From positions 83,250,345 through 83,314,344 of the forward strand of contig NC_057718.1 of the NCBI RefSeq assembly GCF_004010195.1: a DNA stretch of 64,000 nucleotides. Reading direction: 5' to 3'. A program made the translations under genes and the position numbers. The stretch comes from Chiloscyllium plagiosum. Its lineage: Eukaryota. The notes beneath the pieces were generated by a model. That model did no database searches and was not told the DNA's origin. It worked only from the letters and a program-made list of their open reading frames with translations. Below are positions 62,746-64,000 of this stretch, piece after piece. How positions within the stretch are numbered: position 1 is the first letter of the stretch; the number at the start of each line of letters is the position of its first letter.

Positions 62746-64000
62746 TACCAAGACCATCTTCAGGGTCAACTCTGGTGCTAATTGTCAACTTATGGTCTCC
62801 AACCTTTTAAGCCTGCTGTAACATTGTCTTAGGAAAAACAAATTCAATCTGACCCTTTCAATTCTACATTGCAATCTGTTGGATGTTGTTAGAAATTATG
62901 TTTGTAAATTGGAACAGGGTAAGGGATAGTTATGATGCATGTTGTGTTTGAACAAACAATGAGCCTTTCTTCAGCTGTTTTGAAAAGACTCACAGTGACA
63001 AATCCATACACAGCAAGACTGGGACTGACAGACCTACAGCTTAGGGTCAGTGGTAGGAATTGTAGAGTATCTACTCAAAAGCTAGAATTGAACAATATAT
63101 GGAAACAAAATAAAAATGAAAAGCAGTCAACACAGATTCTAAAAAAAAAGGTTGTGCTTGGTCAGCCTTAATGACTTCTTTGAGGAAGTAACGAAGAAGA
63201 TAAAAGGTAATTCAGTCACTACCAAAACTGAGAAGCAATACCTATCAGAAAAGGGTGAATGGACTGGACTCTTGTCTCTGAAAAGACCAAGGGGTGACAT
63301 GATAGATGTCTTCAAGCTTTTGGTAAGATTTGAAACTTCCTATCTATGGTATTCAGATGAATAGCACAGACACATTGACGAGAACATGAGTTAAATAGAT
63401 GGAAAATAATGAGCAGAGGGGCCATCCAGCGAGATATTTGTGCAGAGCATAAACACCAATTAGTTGATTGGCCTGTATATTCTGTGATAGTCTGAATAAA
63501 ATATAGTTTAGGAATGGTGCTGCCAATTGATATGAACATACTTAAAACATTATTAAAAAGATTTCGGTAACACTATTAATCATTTTGTGTTCATTACCTG
63601 CAAAATGTTTTCTCAGAATAGTGAAATGCTCTTGATGAACATGAATTTCATCGACCCCTGGCTAACTCCAACAGAAAAATGTGTGTATTCGCAGTTGAAA
63701 GTAAAGAATAGTTCTCAGAATAAGGTTGAAGATAAATGGAATGTGTAATTACAATCTATTAAGCAATCAGTGAAAAATAATTGCAAATGCATTTCTGATT
63801 CAAGATCACGTGCTGGTACATTAACAAATTGTACTGAACATTCTAATGCAATGGCAAAATGAGATATAGATTGATTGATATCTGTAAACACCAAAAATAT
63901 AATAGAATATAATCGAGTCTTTGCTAGCACTTAGATTGTTGATTAAGCAGAGGTGAAATCAATTTAATTTCAATTGAGTCTACTCATGGTGGAATATTAC

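Noticed and set aside
62100..62810. 236-aa Gly-rich ORF on +
   Set aside because: Antisense shadow of the Penelope ORF.

Overview
Eukaryotic, repeat-rich vertebrate DNA. The repeat inventory (V-SINE/HE1-type SINEs, CR1/HER1-type LINEs, Penelope-derived palindromes) points to a cartilaginous fish, probably a shark. The only host gene is MAP4K3 on the minus strand. Its last 12 coding exons (58043 down to 18856, the CNH domain) splice in frame with GT-AG ends, and a ~1.5 kb 3'UTR carries a let-7 8mer site. The first 12 kb is a three-level nest of retroelements: a class III-like ERV (tRNA-Ser PBS, minus strand) is interrupted in RNase H by a LINE-1, whose 5'UTR is interrupted by a 6.9 kb two-LTR HERV-I-like provirus (3204-10147). 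That provirus lacks PR/RT, keeps RNase H/IN/env remnants, and has a 32-bp CCAAT segment inverted between its LTRs. The MAP4K3 introns hold a near full-length CR1, many LINE and SINE relics, Tigger-like MITEs, a Penelope-like element, and a family of short palindromic insertions with minimal hammerhead-ribozyme cores and ~15-bp target duplications. There is one assembly gap (47360-47947). Family names come from motifs recognised by eye, not from database searches.
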